Shown here one piece after another: positions 48,169 to 59,039 of a stretch of 64,000 nt of DNA. The notes under the pieces are model-generated. The model had not been told where the DNA came from. It worked only from the letters and a program-made list of their open reading frames with translations, and searched no databases. Position numbers and translations under genes: made by a program. The first letter of the stretch is position 1; each line of letters starts with the position of its first letter. Location: the NCBI RefSeq assembly GCF_963921235.1, contig NC_086098.1, positions 82,646,001 to 82,710,000 on the forward strand, given 5' to 3'. This DNA is from Mobula hypostoma. Taxonomy: Eukaryota.

Positions 48169-49299
48169 ATGCAATCATGGTTCAGGACACCAAATGTAAC
48201 CAGGACACAAAATGTAACCACCACTTCAGACGCCAGCCGCTGTCACGAAAAACAGCCTGATAATCAGACACATTAAGGATATTGGAAGTACCTGCTTGTA
48301 CCAGCATAATGAAAATGGAAGAATATTTGTACTGATCTAGAGTTTCCGTTATGCTAAGTTGCCACGTATTAAACATTCGAAAAGGGTTATAGTGCGGCCA
48401 GACATGCAATTGTAAAATGACAATAAAATTACTTAAAAGTGTGTTCTGATATATTCAAACAAAAAGATAAAAGCTTACAAATCCTGTAAATCTGAAAATA
48501 AACATGAAACTATACACTAAGTCTAAATTTGTAAAGCAAAAGGTGAGATAGCTTTATTCACAATTGTATTCAGTCGATAAGAGCATAGTTTGGCTGTAAT
48601 CATTCGTAAAAATATAATTTACACTTGAAGTATTAACATCTTTTTATCATGAACACAAAAACCAAAAAGAATTTCTGTTACTTTTATTGCATTTCATGTT
48701 ATCCACAAAAATTGATTTCTCAGACAATTTTTGATGCTTTCCCCAGTCTACTGAAGTTATGCTGCCTGATATCACAATTCATTTTCAGTAGAAATTGCTA
48801 ATTAAATTCTTTGGTAATGGGGACGTATGCGATACATATGACTCAAAGGTCAGCTTCGAATGGTGGGAGGAAGTGGAGAGAAAAATACAAGAGTCAGAAT
48901 TTAGGTTATTGCAACATCTTAGTATTTGCTGTACTTACAGGTTATGGAAAAATTAAACACGAGGATACTATTTAATGTAGCTTGAACTTCTGGAAAACTG
49001 TTTAGATAGTTCATTATGAACCAGAATGATACACAAGTGAGATATTATGTGGAACACAGCCTACTTGGAAGAGTTTGGATAAGATAAAGTTCATTGAGAG
49101 TGAGTGATAAAATGACGACTAGTCCAGAGAATAGAAGGATTAAATCTGAAAGCTTGATGAAAACATGTAAGGAGAATCCAGGACCACCAAATAAACTGAG
49201 TTAGGAGCAGAAGCAAGTGATGGAAATAGAGAAATTTGTGTCAATGACACTAAAAGCCTGAGGCCATCTTGGCTTTGGGCCTGTATTTACCTGTTTAGT

Positions 49300-49640
49300 A
49301 GAATGAGGGGAGAACATTCTTTGAAAACTATTGAATATTGGAAGGCCTAGATTGAATAAACGTGATGAGGATGTTTCCTATAATGGGGGAGTCTAGGACC
49401 AGAGGACACAGCTTCAGAATAGATGTCCCTTTAGAAAAGAGATGAGGAGGGTGGTGAATCTGTGGAATTCACTGCCACAGATGGATGTGGAAGCCAGGGC
49501 AATGGGTATATTTGAAGTAGAGGTTGATAGGTTCCTGATTAATAAGGTGTCGAAGGTTATGGGGGCAAGGCAGGAAAATGGGGTTGAGTGGGATAATAAA
49601 TCAGCCATGATTGAATAGCCTAATTCTGCTCCTATGTCTT
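49300..49640 (+). mobile_element. CR1 3' fragment
   Basis: agaatgagggg...gatgtttccta...ctaattctgctcctatgtctt. Confidence 0.8.
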
Positions 49641-50339
49641 AAGGATGCAAAGTTTGATTCAGCTGGAATAGATCAAAGCTCAAGGTAAATTTATGATCGA
49701 AGTATATATGTCACCATATGCAACCCTGAGATTCATTGTGGCAGAAGAGAGGAATGGAGTTGCAGAGAATTTGTGATGGGTGTGAAAACAATTGCTTTTC
49801 TTTCTCCAGTTGTAGAATTTTATGTTTAGGGTGGTTGTGAAACAAAGGTTTTACAACATAAGGAATAGCAGGCTCAAGAAAAATGCTGGCAGACATAGGC
49901 GGGGCTTGTTAACATGCAGTTCGAACCCAATCAAACAAGTAATGCTTGCAGGGGGCAGCACATAGAGGATGAAATGAAGGGGTCCTCAGGAGAATTGAGG
50001 TCCAAGATTGGAAAGAGCAGGAATTGTTATAAATTTTAATGCTACAATTGAATAAGTAGAAAACAAGGAAAGCATAAGAGTGGACAATGGAGGAAAGCTT
50101 TTAAGAAGGAGGGTATTGTTACATCAAAGTAGTCACAGAGGTTGAGAAATAGAATACTTTCAGGTGAAGTCTGAGAATTCAATCTAGTATGAATTTAGTC
50201 ACATACTGTACATGATACATAGTATATTTGCAGATAAAATGTTCCCAAGCGTAACTGAAATATAACAAGTTAGAAGACACTTTTATGTTGCTGAGTACAC
50301 ATTCACATTCGTGGAAATCTCAAGAACTATGGTGATAGA

Positions 50340-53105
50340 TCATAAAGTATATCCAGGAAGCTTGTTGGCTACTAGTTCAGAAATATGTCTGCATTCATTA
50401 ACTATTCCTGTGCTTCCCAATTCATTAATTTCATCTGTTTGAATATCCTTTGCAGTTATGCCAAGTCCACTGCAGACGAGATCAAACTCACTGGATGGTG
50501 CGTAAGAGCTCACCTGAGATATCCCCAAAGACTGGCTCTCCTCCAGTAACCTGTGACCATTCCTTGAACTTGAAAGTTGAAGGACCTCAGGGCTAGCTCG
50601 ATTGATGTCAAATCCAGAATCTGACTGAACAATTGACTTAAGTTGTTTCTCAGTCTCTTGTTTGTTTGATGGGTTCAGTATTTTTTTCGGTTGATTTTCC
50701 TCTGTCAAGCTGGTTGCTTCTTCAGATAGATTTGAGGTTGTTGAAGACAATGTCATTCTCTGATGGTGACTACTTACAAGACTTGTACCTTTTAATGATT
50801 GAATTGGAGATTGCTTAGAGAGTGCCAGCAGTGGGACTGAATCATCTTCTGTCTCACTTTGAGCTGCCCCCTGATTGTCACTGGAATATTTGGAAAGGCT
50901 CGAATCCAATTCATTGTTAGAACATCTGTGCTTCACCCTAATAGTTTCAGCTTCTGGACTGCTACCTAAAGTATCTGCATATCTATTTGTAGGTTCAGGA
51001 CTGGTAAAATCTTCTGAGTTGCCAGTTGGTTCAGGGCTTGTGAAGTCCTCTGAATACTTGGGTTCATCACAGCTACTGTAAGAAATCTGTGCATCAACAT
51101 TTTCAACTATTATTGGATCACTAGTAATGCCAGGATTCATATTTGGAACATCCACTGCTTTACAATAAATCTCATTCACACTGCGGTCAGAATCATGGTT
51201 GATTATTTCAGGCAGTCTGACTTTTATATCTTTTTGGTAAAGGTTCCTGTCATTAGCCATCTGTAAATCTGAAATCTCCACATTGTAATCTAGTGGGCCT
51301 GGAGGTCGAACAGATGTCTTTCCTGTTCTAGTGGCACTTCCCCGTCTCAAAGTTGCTTCAAAGCTATTATTATCCATAAGCTTTCCACTTCTCTGGACAT
51401 TTGAAGGATAAGCAGTGTCAGGTTTGATGCTGCTTTGAATCAATGTTTCAGCGTTTACTTTAGCTCTGCCACCAGAAAGTTGTTGGCCTTTTTGAAGAGT
51501 TGAAGAACTCCTTTCCCCTTTGCCTTCACGACATTTTTGACCAATCTTCTCTTTCAGTTGTTTCAATTGTCTTCTTCTGGACAACTCTTTCTGTTCATGC
51601 ACTATCAACATGCCTGGATTTGTCTGTTGGAGCCTTAACCGTAATGTATTTGTTAACCCATACATCAACTTTCTTTTGGGATGTTCCAAATCTTTCTTTG
51701 CATTACATCGCCTTGGGTTATTTTCTTTATCAAAGTTTCTAGGAGATACAGGTTGCTTTTGAACTTCTTTCTGCTGCTTAAAATGTGAATTAGATTGTTG
51801 TATTGTTGATTTGGTTGGTTCATAAAATTCCAGTGAATCATGCTTCAAATTACTATAAAGCCAAGCAAGCTGAGGATGAACAACGAGAGGAATCTGCTGA
51901 GGTAACTGCTCATGATGTAGCAAAGAAAGTTCCAGTAGGAGTGCGTTCAGCAGAGGCAACTGTCTGATGGTATTATATGCATCAGAATTGGCAGGACTCT
52001 TTTGAACTTGTTTTTTTAATGTACCTGTTGCTTCTGAGTGACCTTTGGGCAACTTAAAATCACTTTGGTTCATGTTGAACAATTCTTCACTTTCATCTGA
52101 ATCCAGCTCCTCAAGAAGAGCTGACTCTTCCTCAGGCTCCATTGTTTTCCACATTTCAGAGACCTTCTCTTTGGGCCCTTCCTTTGATTGGCTGTAGTAC
52201 ATAGGGGGTGGACAAAAAACATTGTCCACTTTGATATCCACAGTAGGTTCGAATTTCAGAACCTGTTGTTTAATCTTAGATGCTGCTTTTGCTAATGTGT
52301 TCAGCTTATGGTCCCCCTTTAAAACAGAAATAATAACAGGCTCTTTGATCTGTTCAAACTGTCTACCTTCAACAGCCTGGTCACCAGAAATGTGGTTGGG
52401 GTACTTTTCAGAGTCAGTCGGAATGTGTCCAGTGCCTTGATCTGCCACCTTCTCATTCTCCCCTTGTTCTGGCACCTGTCCTTCACTGGGCAGGTGTGCA
52501 AAGTCCGTGTTTTGCATTTCAGCCTTCAGGACCTGGTTTTTTGGAATATGCGGCAGCAAACCAACTCCCAAACTCATAAGTCTATATCCTGCCGATATTT
52601 GGCCAATCTCGACACCCATCAGATTATAAAGAGGGTACAGGCCCCTCTTCCCTTGCATGGATGGTGTTGTAATGCCGCGTCCCTCTACATCCAATCTGAT
52701 TTTCTCCACGGCATTCGCCATCGAGATCAGGCAACTTCCCACCAATTTGGGTACTTGCTGTGACACGTCTAGTAGCATGGCGTACAGAGGGGTGTTGGTC
52801 AGATGGCGGTGAAGGGTTGACATCCCCATCTTGAACAGGCAGGACTTGCCTTTATTGAAAGTGATGCCAGTGCGGGCCCCCGTTCGCACGGGTGCCTGTC
52901 TCTCCTGCCCACGCTCCCAGCTCCGCCGCAGGGCTTCCGCTCGCTGCGGCTCGGTCTGATGGACCAAGAGTGTGGGGAAGTCCAGCAGTCTGAAGGCCAC
53001 CGCCAGCAAAGGGCCGGGCTCAGGCTGGGTTTCAGGTCCAACGTTCACGTAGTCCACTAACAGTTCCAAGGAGAACAGCGTCTCCACTTTGGCGGCTGTA
53101 TCCAT
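50340..53105 (-). CDS. MAP10: MAP10 (microtubule-associated protein 10, KIAA1383), single coding exon, 921 aa
   Basis: Strong Kozak actaccATGG at 53105. MAP10 hallmarks present: LFSLELLVD, AVAFRLLDFPTLLV, GKSCLF, QLPLLNALLLELSLL, HPQLAWLY (HPHLAWLY-type motif), LMYGLTNTLRLRLQQTNP, YSEDF, C-terminal ELVANKLPGYTL. Same orientation and upstream of NTPCR, as in human. The ORF-track start at 53702 is not an ATG. Confidence 0.95.
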   Translation of the reverse strand: MDTAAKVETLFSLELLVDYVNVGPETQPEPGPLLAVAFRLLDFPTLLVHQTEPQRAEALRRSWERGQERQAPVRTGARTGITFNKGKSCLFKMGMSTLHRHLTNTPLYAMLLDVSQQVPKLVGSCLISMANAVEKIRLDVEGRGITTPSMQGKRGLYPLYNLMGVEIGQISAGYRLMSLGVGLLPHIPKNQVLKAEMQNTDFAHLPSEGQVPEQGENEKVADQGTGHIPTDSEKYPNHISGDQAVEGRQFEQIKEPVIISVLKGDHKLNTLAKAASKIKQQVLKFEPTVDIKVDNVFCPPPMYYSQSKEGPKEKVSEMWKTMEPEEESALLEELDSDESEELFNMNQSDFKLPKGHSEATGTLKKQVQKSPANSDAYNTIRQLPLLNALLLELSLLHHEQLPQQIPLVVHPQLAWLYSNLKHDSLEFYEPTKSTIQQSNSHFKQQKEVQKQPVSPRNFDKENNPRRCNAKKDLEHPKRKLMYGLTNTLRLRLQQTNPGMLIVHEQKELSRRRQLKQLKEKIGQKCREGKGERSSSTLQKGQQLSGGRAKVNAETLIQSSIKPDTAYPSNVQRSGKLMDNNSFEATLRRGSATRTGKTSVRPPGPLDYNVEISDLQMANDRNLYQKDIKVRLPEIINHDSDRSVNEIYCKAVDVPNMNPGITSDPIIVENVDAQISYSSCDEPKYSEDFTSPEPTGNSEDFTSPEPTNRYADTLGSSPEAETIRVKHRCSNNELDSSLSKYSSDNQGAAQSETEDDSVPLLALSKQSPIQSLKGTSLVSSHHQRMTLSSTTSNLSEEATSLTEENQPKKILNPSNKQETEKQLKSIVQSDSGFDINRASPEVLQLSSSRNGHRLLEESQSLGISQVSSYAPSSEFDLVCSGLGITAKDIQTDEINELGSTGIVNECRHISELVANKLPGYTL

Positions 53106-53109
53106 GGTA

Positions 53110-54000
53110 GTTGCTTTGCCCCTGGTGGCACCGGCGTTGGCAGAACCGGTCCCCACAAACGGATTACATCGGACACCTTGGCAACACCGCACTACAAGTA
53201 AACGCGGTACTTTGAGCGCAATGAAGTCTGGGGGCTGTAGTCCTTCAGCGCAGTTACCTTCATCGCTCTTTTGACTCCAACTCCCATCCTGCCTCTGGAC
53301 TTCATCTTGTCCATTTGAGCAAAAGGAGCGGGCGCGTGGACGATGGCAGACGTTTGACCAAGAGAAAACCGTGGGTGGTGTCTCGTTACAGACATGTAGG
53401 ATAGACCAATGCTGTGAGGGGCAAAGCCAGCGGTTGACCAATGGGAGAGCATCCAAAGCCAAAGGACAGCGAATAGAAAAAAGGAGTACGGACCAAAGAC
53501 AGCCAATAGGGAGGAGGGCAGGGCTAACGATGGCCAATGGGTGGAGAGAAGGACCAAATTTCATCCAATCGAGGAAGAGTGAGGGGCCCAGAACAGCCAA
53601 TGGGAGGAAGGAAGAGCCGGCGGGCGAGGGGGTGGAACATTGGTCGCCAGGTTGTGTTGAGGTGCGGGAGAATGTGAAAAGTTTCCAGCCTGCTGGCCGC
53701 AAGAGGTGGTGCTGCGAACCTGGCTTGCGAGCGGTAGCGGGATCTTTGATTCACTGTCTGTCCCATGGTGTGGATTGTGCAGAAGGTCTCCTCGCGTGCA
53801 CGTGCGGCTCGGCCCCGCGGCTGTCAGGTAAGAGAGGTGGTGGTAGCGGAGGGGGAGTGAGGAGCCCTGGGCTTGTTGACAAGTTGAAGGTCGTAGAGTC
53901 GGTGCTGGGTCTCAGGCTGTCCGTTAGTACACTTGCAGACCGTTGGAAGTATTTCCCTCCTTCACGCCATCCTGCCCCCCGACACAACTCGGACCCTCCC
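53110..54000. promoter_or_regulatory. CpG-island, probably bidirectional promoter (MAP10 and a plus-strand transcript)
   Basis: CCAAT at 53406, 53438, 53503, 53534, 53565, 53597 (CGAAT at 53470); ZNF143/SBS-like ACTACAGCCCCCAGA on minus 53241-53227; X-box-like GTTGCCAAGG on minus near 53185-53176; E-box CACGTG at 53799-53804; CpG rich. Confidence 0.8.
53650..53827 (+). other. Candidate first (probably non-coding) exon of a gene divergent from MAP10
   Basis: GC-rich segment just downstream of the CCAAT array, ending in a strong donor CAG|GTAAGA at 53827/53828. The start is approximate and the identity is not determinable here. Confidence 0.5.
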
Positions 54001-56414
54001 TCACCCCCACCATTTTAGTGCACCCCCCCGGCCCATCTTCAGCCCAAACTAACCACCGCCCACTCCCGAAAAATGCCCTCTCTTTCAATCCCTTCACCTC
54101 CCTTCTCTCAAATATCTGCCGAAATACCTCAGAACATGTTCGTACATCTCGTCTGCGCCTGCCATTCTTTAGTTGCCTCCCTGGCAAGGGATGCGACTTT
54201 CCTCTCTTTCCCCGAACCGTTCACCAATGCAACCCCCGTCTGAAAAATGCTTTCCTTTCTTCACACCCCCTCATCTCCCGGATCTGAGATAAAATTCCTA
54301 GCAATCATGTCTAATCCTTCTCGCCCCAAAAAATTGTTCAAATTCCGCCTCCCACCCCCATCTCCTCTCAAAAGGCAGTTCGCACCCTCCCCCACTGCAA
54401 AAATATCATTAGCAGATCAGCCTCCCCCTCTTCCCCCAAGGCAGGATAACAACCCGTCGTCTTGCGGGTGGTTGTGTTCTTGGTGAAGCCGAATGGGCTG
54501 CATGTTGCGATCGCGGGACCCTTCCGTGAAGCCGGCAGGCTTTGGGGTCAGGTGCTATTCTCGGTTCCGCAAGCGGACGGCAGCCGGCCAATTATGTTGT
54601 GTGTGAAATACTCCTCCTTTCTACTCTAAATGAAATCAAACTGGGAATGAACAAAAGGGTTTGTGTCCCGTTCTCTAAATCCAGAAGATTTGGGCTCCCC
54701 TCAATTACCTTCAAACTTCAGGATTTTGAGAATAAAAATCAAGTATATCATTGATTGTGTATGTGCAATAATATATTTAATTCGATGCCATTGTTCACGG
54801 CGCGTGTACTACGGAGTTCTACTGAGAACCTAATTGCGCGTCGCTGTTTCTCTGGAAGTTGTAGCGATCGGTTGATTTGTTGTGGAATTGGATTTGTTGA
54901 TTTCTTTTCTGTCTTCTAACTTTATCCGCTAGATGGCTTTGCATGACACAATGGTCAAGGATTTTGGGTTCACTTTGTACGGAAACACTTCCTACATATT
55001 TATTTGGTCTGAGCTGTTTACTTTTTTTTGAAGATTTTTAATATATTGCTTATATGTGTAAATCTACAATGAAGCTATGACCATTTTCTGAAAGTTAGTT
55101 TCAATTATAAATGTTTTTGCAGCTCTAAGAGACGGGAAAGAATAAAACGAGCGCTGCAGTGCATTTCGTGTTGTTGATCAATACCCTCATCAAGTTTACC
55201 AGCTGTTTCAGTGAAAATATTAATATCGTATATCATCTTCACTGTTGTTTACTGGGATATATCAGTCTCCACAGTTAACTCATTGTAATATCTGGGACGA
55301 AAATATCCTCTTCCAGCTCGAAATTATAACGCTGTCACTCACTAAGAACAATGTAGTCGATTATTTTGGTTGGTCATTTACAATTTACACAAACAATGGC
55401 TCTGGAGGAAAATTTTTAAAAATCTAAGAATACAATGTGCCTGATTTCTGAGGTGATGATTTCGGAAATAGTGTTGGGCTCTTTCATTCTATGCAGTTAC
55501 TACTGGCAGTGTTTGTCATGGTAACATTACAGAAGGTTTTTGCCTTCATAGAAGGGTATTGGTTAATAACCTTGTTTCTTGTGATTGATCACCTATTGTG
55601 ATCATGTGTAATAAATTGGTAGGCATGAATTATGAGTTGAATATGAAAACTATTGCAGTGCTTTAGGTACTCTAAATAGTTTACCATCTGTATATATGAC
55701 ATTTGACATAGTTGTGCAAAAATTATTCTAGATAGAAGCAAATTACTTTATAATATTGTAATAAGGTTTTGTCCACTTTGGAGTGAATACATTTAACAAA
55801 TTGCATTGCTGGAACCAAAATATTTGACACAATTTATACATGAACACGTGTAGCATGAAGGTAAATGGTCAGTCTCTGGAAGTCAATGTAAATTGTTTGA
55901 TTACTGACATTTTTGAACATGCTAAATAAAAAGGCACTCAAATATCAAAACTGTTCTTACATTAAAGAAAAAAACATTCATGTGACCTTGTTATTGTCTG
56001 GTAAAGCTGGTCTTACTGTGTGATGCTTCCTTATTTTAATACAACAGCTGTTGAAAAATTATTCCGAAGTGCTGAAGGCGAAAAGGTTATCCTTGATGTT
56101 CTGCTGGCCTAAGTAAGCTCAGTCTTTTGGATTTAGAAGTTGTCAGGGCAACGGTTGATTATCTCCAGTCTTCAATTGCTTCCATTCATTGAGTGTCTTG
56201 CTCAACAGCAGAGTTGCCAACGATGAGATCTATGACGATGGCTGTGTAAATGTGCCCTGTAACTAAAGAAATTCTTTCATTTGGTAGTATTGAAAAGTGA
56301 TCTCAATTTTGCTTTATTTGAGTAAAATGTTTATGGTTAATGTTTCAATTTTTAAAAATGGCTAAAATAGTTCTTTCAACCCTGGGTACAGTAGAAAGTT
56401 TCTCCAGGCTTGGA

Positions 56415-56900
56415 TTGTTCAAAGTAAGTATATTATCAAAGTACAGTATGTACCCTTAGATTAATTTTCTTGTGGGTATTCTCAGTAGATACAAAGGAGT
56501 ACAATGGGTTCAATGAAAAAAATGGGCAAACAACTACTGAGCAAAAGAAGATAAATGGTGCAAATAAAATAATAATAACTAATACTGAGAACATGAGTTG
56601 TGGAATCTTTGAAAGTGAGTCCATAGGTTGTGGAATCAGTTCAGTGTGAAAGTGAGTGAAGTTATCCATGCTCGTTGCAGGGTAATAACTGTTCCTGAAC
56701 CTGGTGTGTGGGACTAAGGCTCCTGTACTTCCTATCCACTGGCAGTAGCAAGAAGAGAGGAAGAGAGCATGGCCTGGAGTGTAGAGGTCTTTGAGGGATG
56801 TTGCTTTCTTGTGGCAGTGTTCCTTGTAAATGTGTTGAATGATGGAGTGGGGAGAGGGATTTTCCTGTGATGGACTGGACTGTATCCACTTCTTTTTGTA
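56415..56900 (-). mobile_element. Rex1/Babar LINE 3' fragment
   Basis: Minus strand HTRFRNSYYP and GHALF motifs; same tail family as 36650-37232. Confidence 0.7.
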
Positions 56901-59039
56901 GATGGTATCGTACTGCTTAATTTTTTCCTGAATAGCATGGGCACTGACTGAGCTTGTAACTGAATGAAACCTGTGATCTGAAGGAAATAATTGTATGCTG
57001 TGTATCAGAGCAAACCGAACAGACTGTTTTGCTACCAAGTCTAAACAATTATAGAAAGTACATCAAAGAAAGAATGAGTATAACCTGTCCTCTTACTTAA
57101 GTGCAGGGTAGTGAATCATTGTAGAGTGCTGCAACTTAAACTGTAATTTTTAGTCATTGAGTAAGTCAGGGTGATTGGCAATGCAGATCGAAATTATGAA
57201 AAGCTGCTAGTTACTGAAATGAGTATTTTTGAAAATTGTGGATAATGAATAAAGAATGTAACAAGCTTTTTAACTAATTGTCTAAAACTAAATAAAATTT
57301 TACACAACTGCAGTTTGATTTATGAAGTGAATAGACTGTGTTTCTTTGGAAGTAAGCCCCTTAGTTTTTAAATAAATTGAGTCCGACCTTTGCTCATTCT
57401 ATGATCAAAAACAGAGTATCATGTGCGTAAAAGTGCTGATGATGCATTGGGAGTTTTTTTTTAATGTTCTTGCCTGAATCTGACTTAATAGATTTTCTAA
57501 AATAAATTATTTTCTTTTTATAGATGTGGGGATAATTATATTAGAAGAAAAATGTAGTTCTCAAGTATTTAGTTAAAATGACAAAGTGAAAATGTAAACT
57601 GACGTCGGTATAAATTAAATTGAAGAACCACAGAAGATTAATGTTGGATCAATAGTTTTGTGATCAGTCAGATTTTGGTCAGGTTGGGGTATTTCAAAAA
57701 ACATTCAAATGCAGCTGCCTTAAATATTAAATTTGTTTTCTTCCCTCCCTGGCCCCACCTAATTCCTAAGCTTTAATAATTATTATATATATTCAACTGT
57801 TGTATCTGATTCTAATTAGATAAATAAATTGTTCTTTCCCATAAACTTGATGTGGATCTTTCTGAAATCATTCTGATGTAATCACTTATTCCCAAATGCA
57901 CTTCTTTTGATATCAAAAATCTTGTGCAGTAATAATATAGAGCTTGGAAGGAGGGTTTTTCATTTATGTGGTGGCTCAAATGAATGATAGCTTCCCTATA
58001 CACTGAAAATAGACCTAATGCATTATATGTTATTTAAAAAAACTATAAACAGAAGTTTTAAAATGTTATTGCTAAAACTTATCAAAGGATATACACTTCC
58101 TATCCTAAATGTTTGACATTTTTCATGAATTAGAATAATCCTTCCAAACCTCCAACTCATAGATCTGGTTTAAAAGAAGTTTTTGGTGTTTTGGTTAAAG
58201 ACCTTTATTTGGTGAGAGGAAGAATGTGACATTGTACTTTTAAAAAGTCCAACTCTGGATCTTGTTCCCTCGTTTCATTTCTAATTACCTTCAGAACATT
58301 TAAATAACTCTATCTATGCCTGCTAATGATCTTAAGCCTCTGGGATAATCATTGAAGCAGAGGCATCATTCTGCTGGATTGTGAGACCAGTTGTTGATGG
58401 ATTGTGTGAACCATTTCAAAAAACTTGTACGTGAGGTCATCCCTATGCAGTTGCAGTGTGCTCATTGTGCTAATTTTATGCTGATGAGTTAATCATTAGG
58501 AGGGAGCTGAGCTTTTCCCAAGTGGGAACCAGCAGTCATTATGATACCTTGAATATTTTTTGGCTGGTATGTTGCTTGTTCCTTGAATGGGGGTAGGAAT
58601 TTTAGAGAAGTTGCAGATGGTTTGGTCATGGTTTTTACTCCACCAATCCGAGAAGGCATTTGTACACTTTGGCTTATCCTGGAACACTGTTAGAATTTGC
58701 AGTTAATTAGCTGAATCAGGGTTTCATGTTGAAATGTGTCATGGGCAGATTGGAATAAAATGGTCCACTGCATTATACTTGCACAAGTGATGATTAGAGA
58801 AATGTATTTGGGACGGGGGGTGGGGGGTGCAGTGGGAAGTAGATGGAGGAAGGCATGGTGGGGAAAACTTAAACAGAAGAGATTCTGCAGATGCTGGAAA
58901 TGGAGCAACGCACACAAAATGCTGAAGGACCACAGCAAGTCAGGCAGCATCTGTGGGGGGAAGAAACAGTTGGTTCAGACTTTCAAGATATTGTTAAGGA
59001 AAAGGGGACTTTTCCTATTGAGAGGAGGGGACAAAAAGT

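Noticed and set aside
53400-53630. CRISPR-like array (regular ~32-bp period with variable spacers)
   Set aside because: The constant part is only a 5-bp CCAAT core, the context is eukaryotic and there are no cas genes; it fits a transcription-factor site array.
53371-54018. 215-aa plus-strand ORF over the CpG island
   Set aside because: No recognisable domain, non-ATG start, runs through the CCAAT array and past a strong splice donor; explained by GC-rich composition.
55440-57460. Possible C/D-box snoRNAs (TGATGA motifs near 55454 and 57437)
   Set aside because: No convincing D box with terminal stem at a suitable distance.
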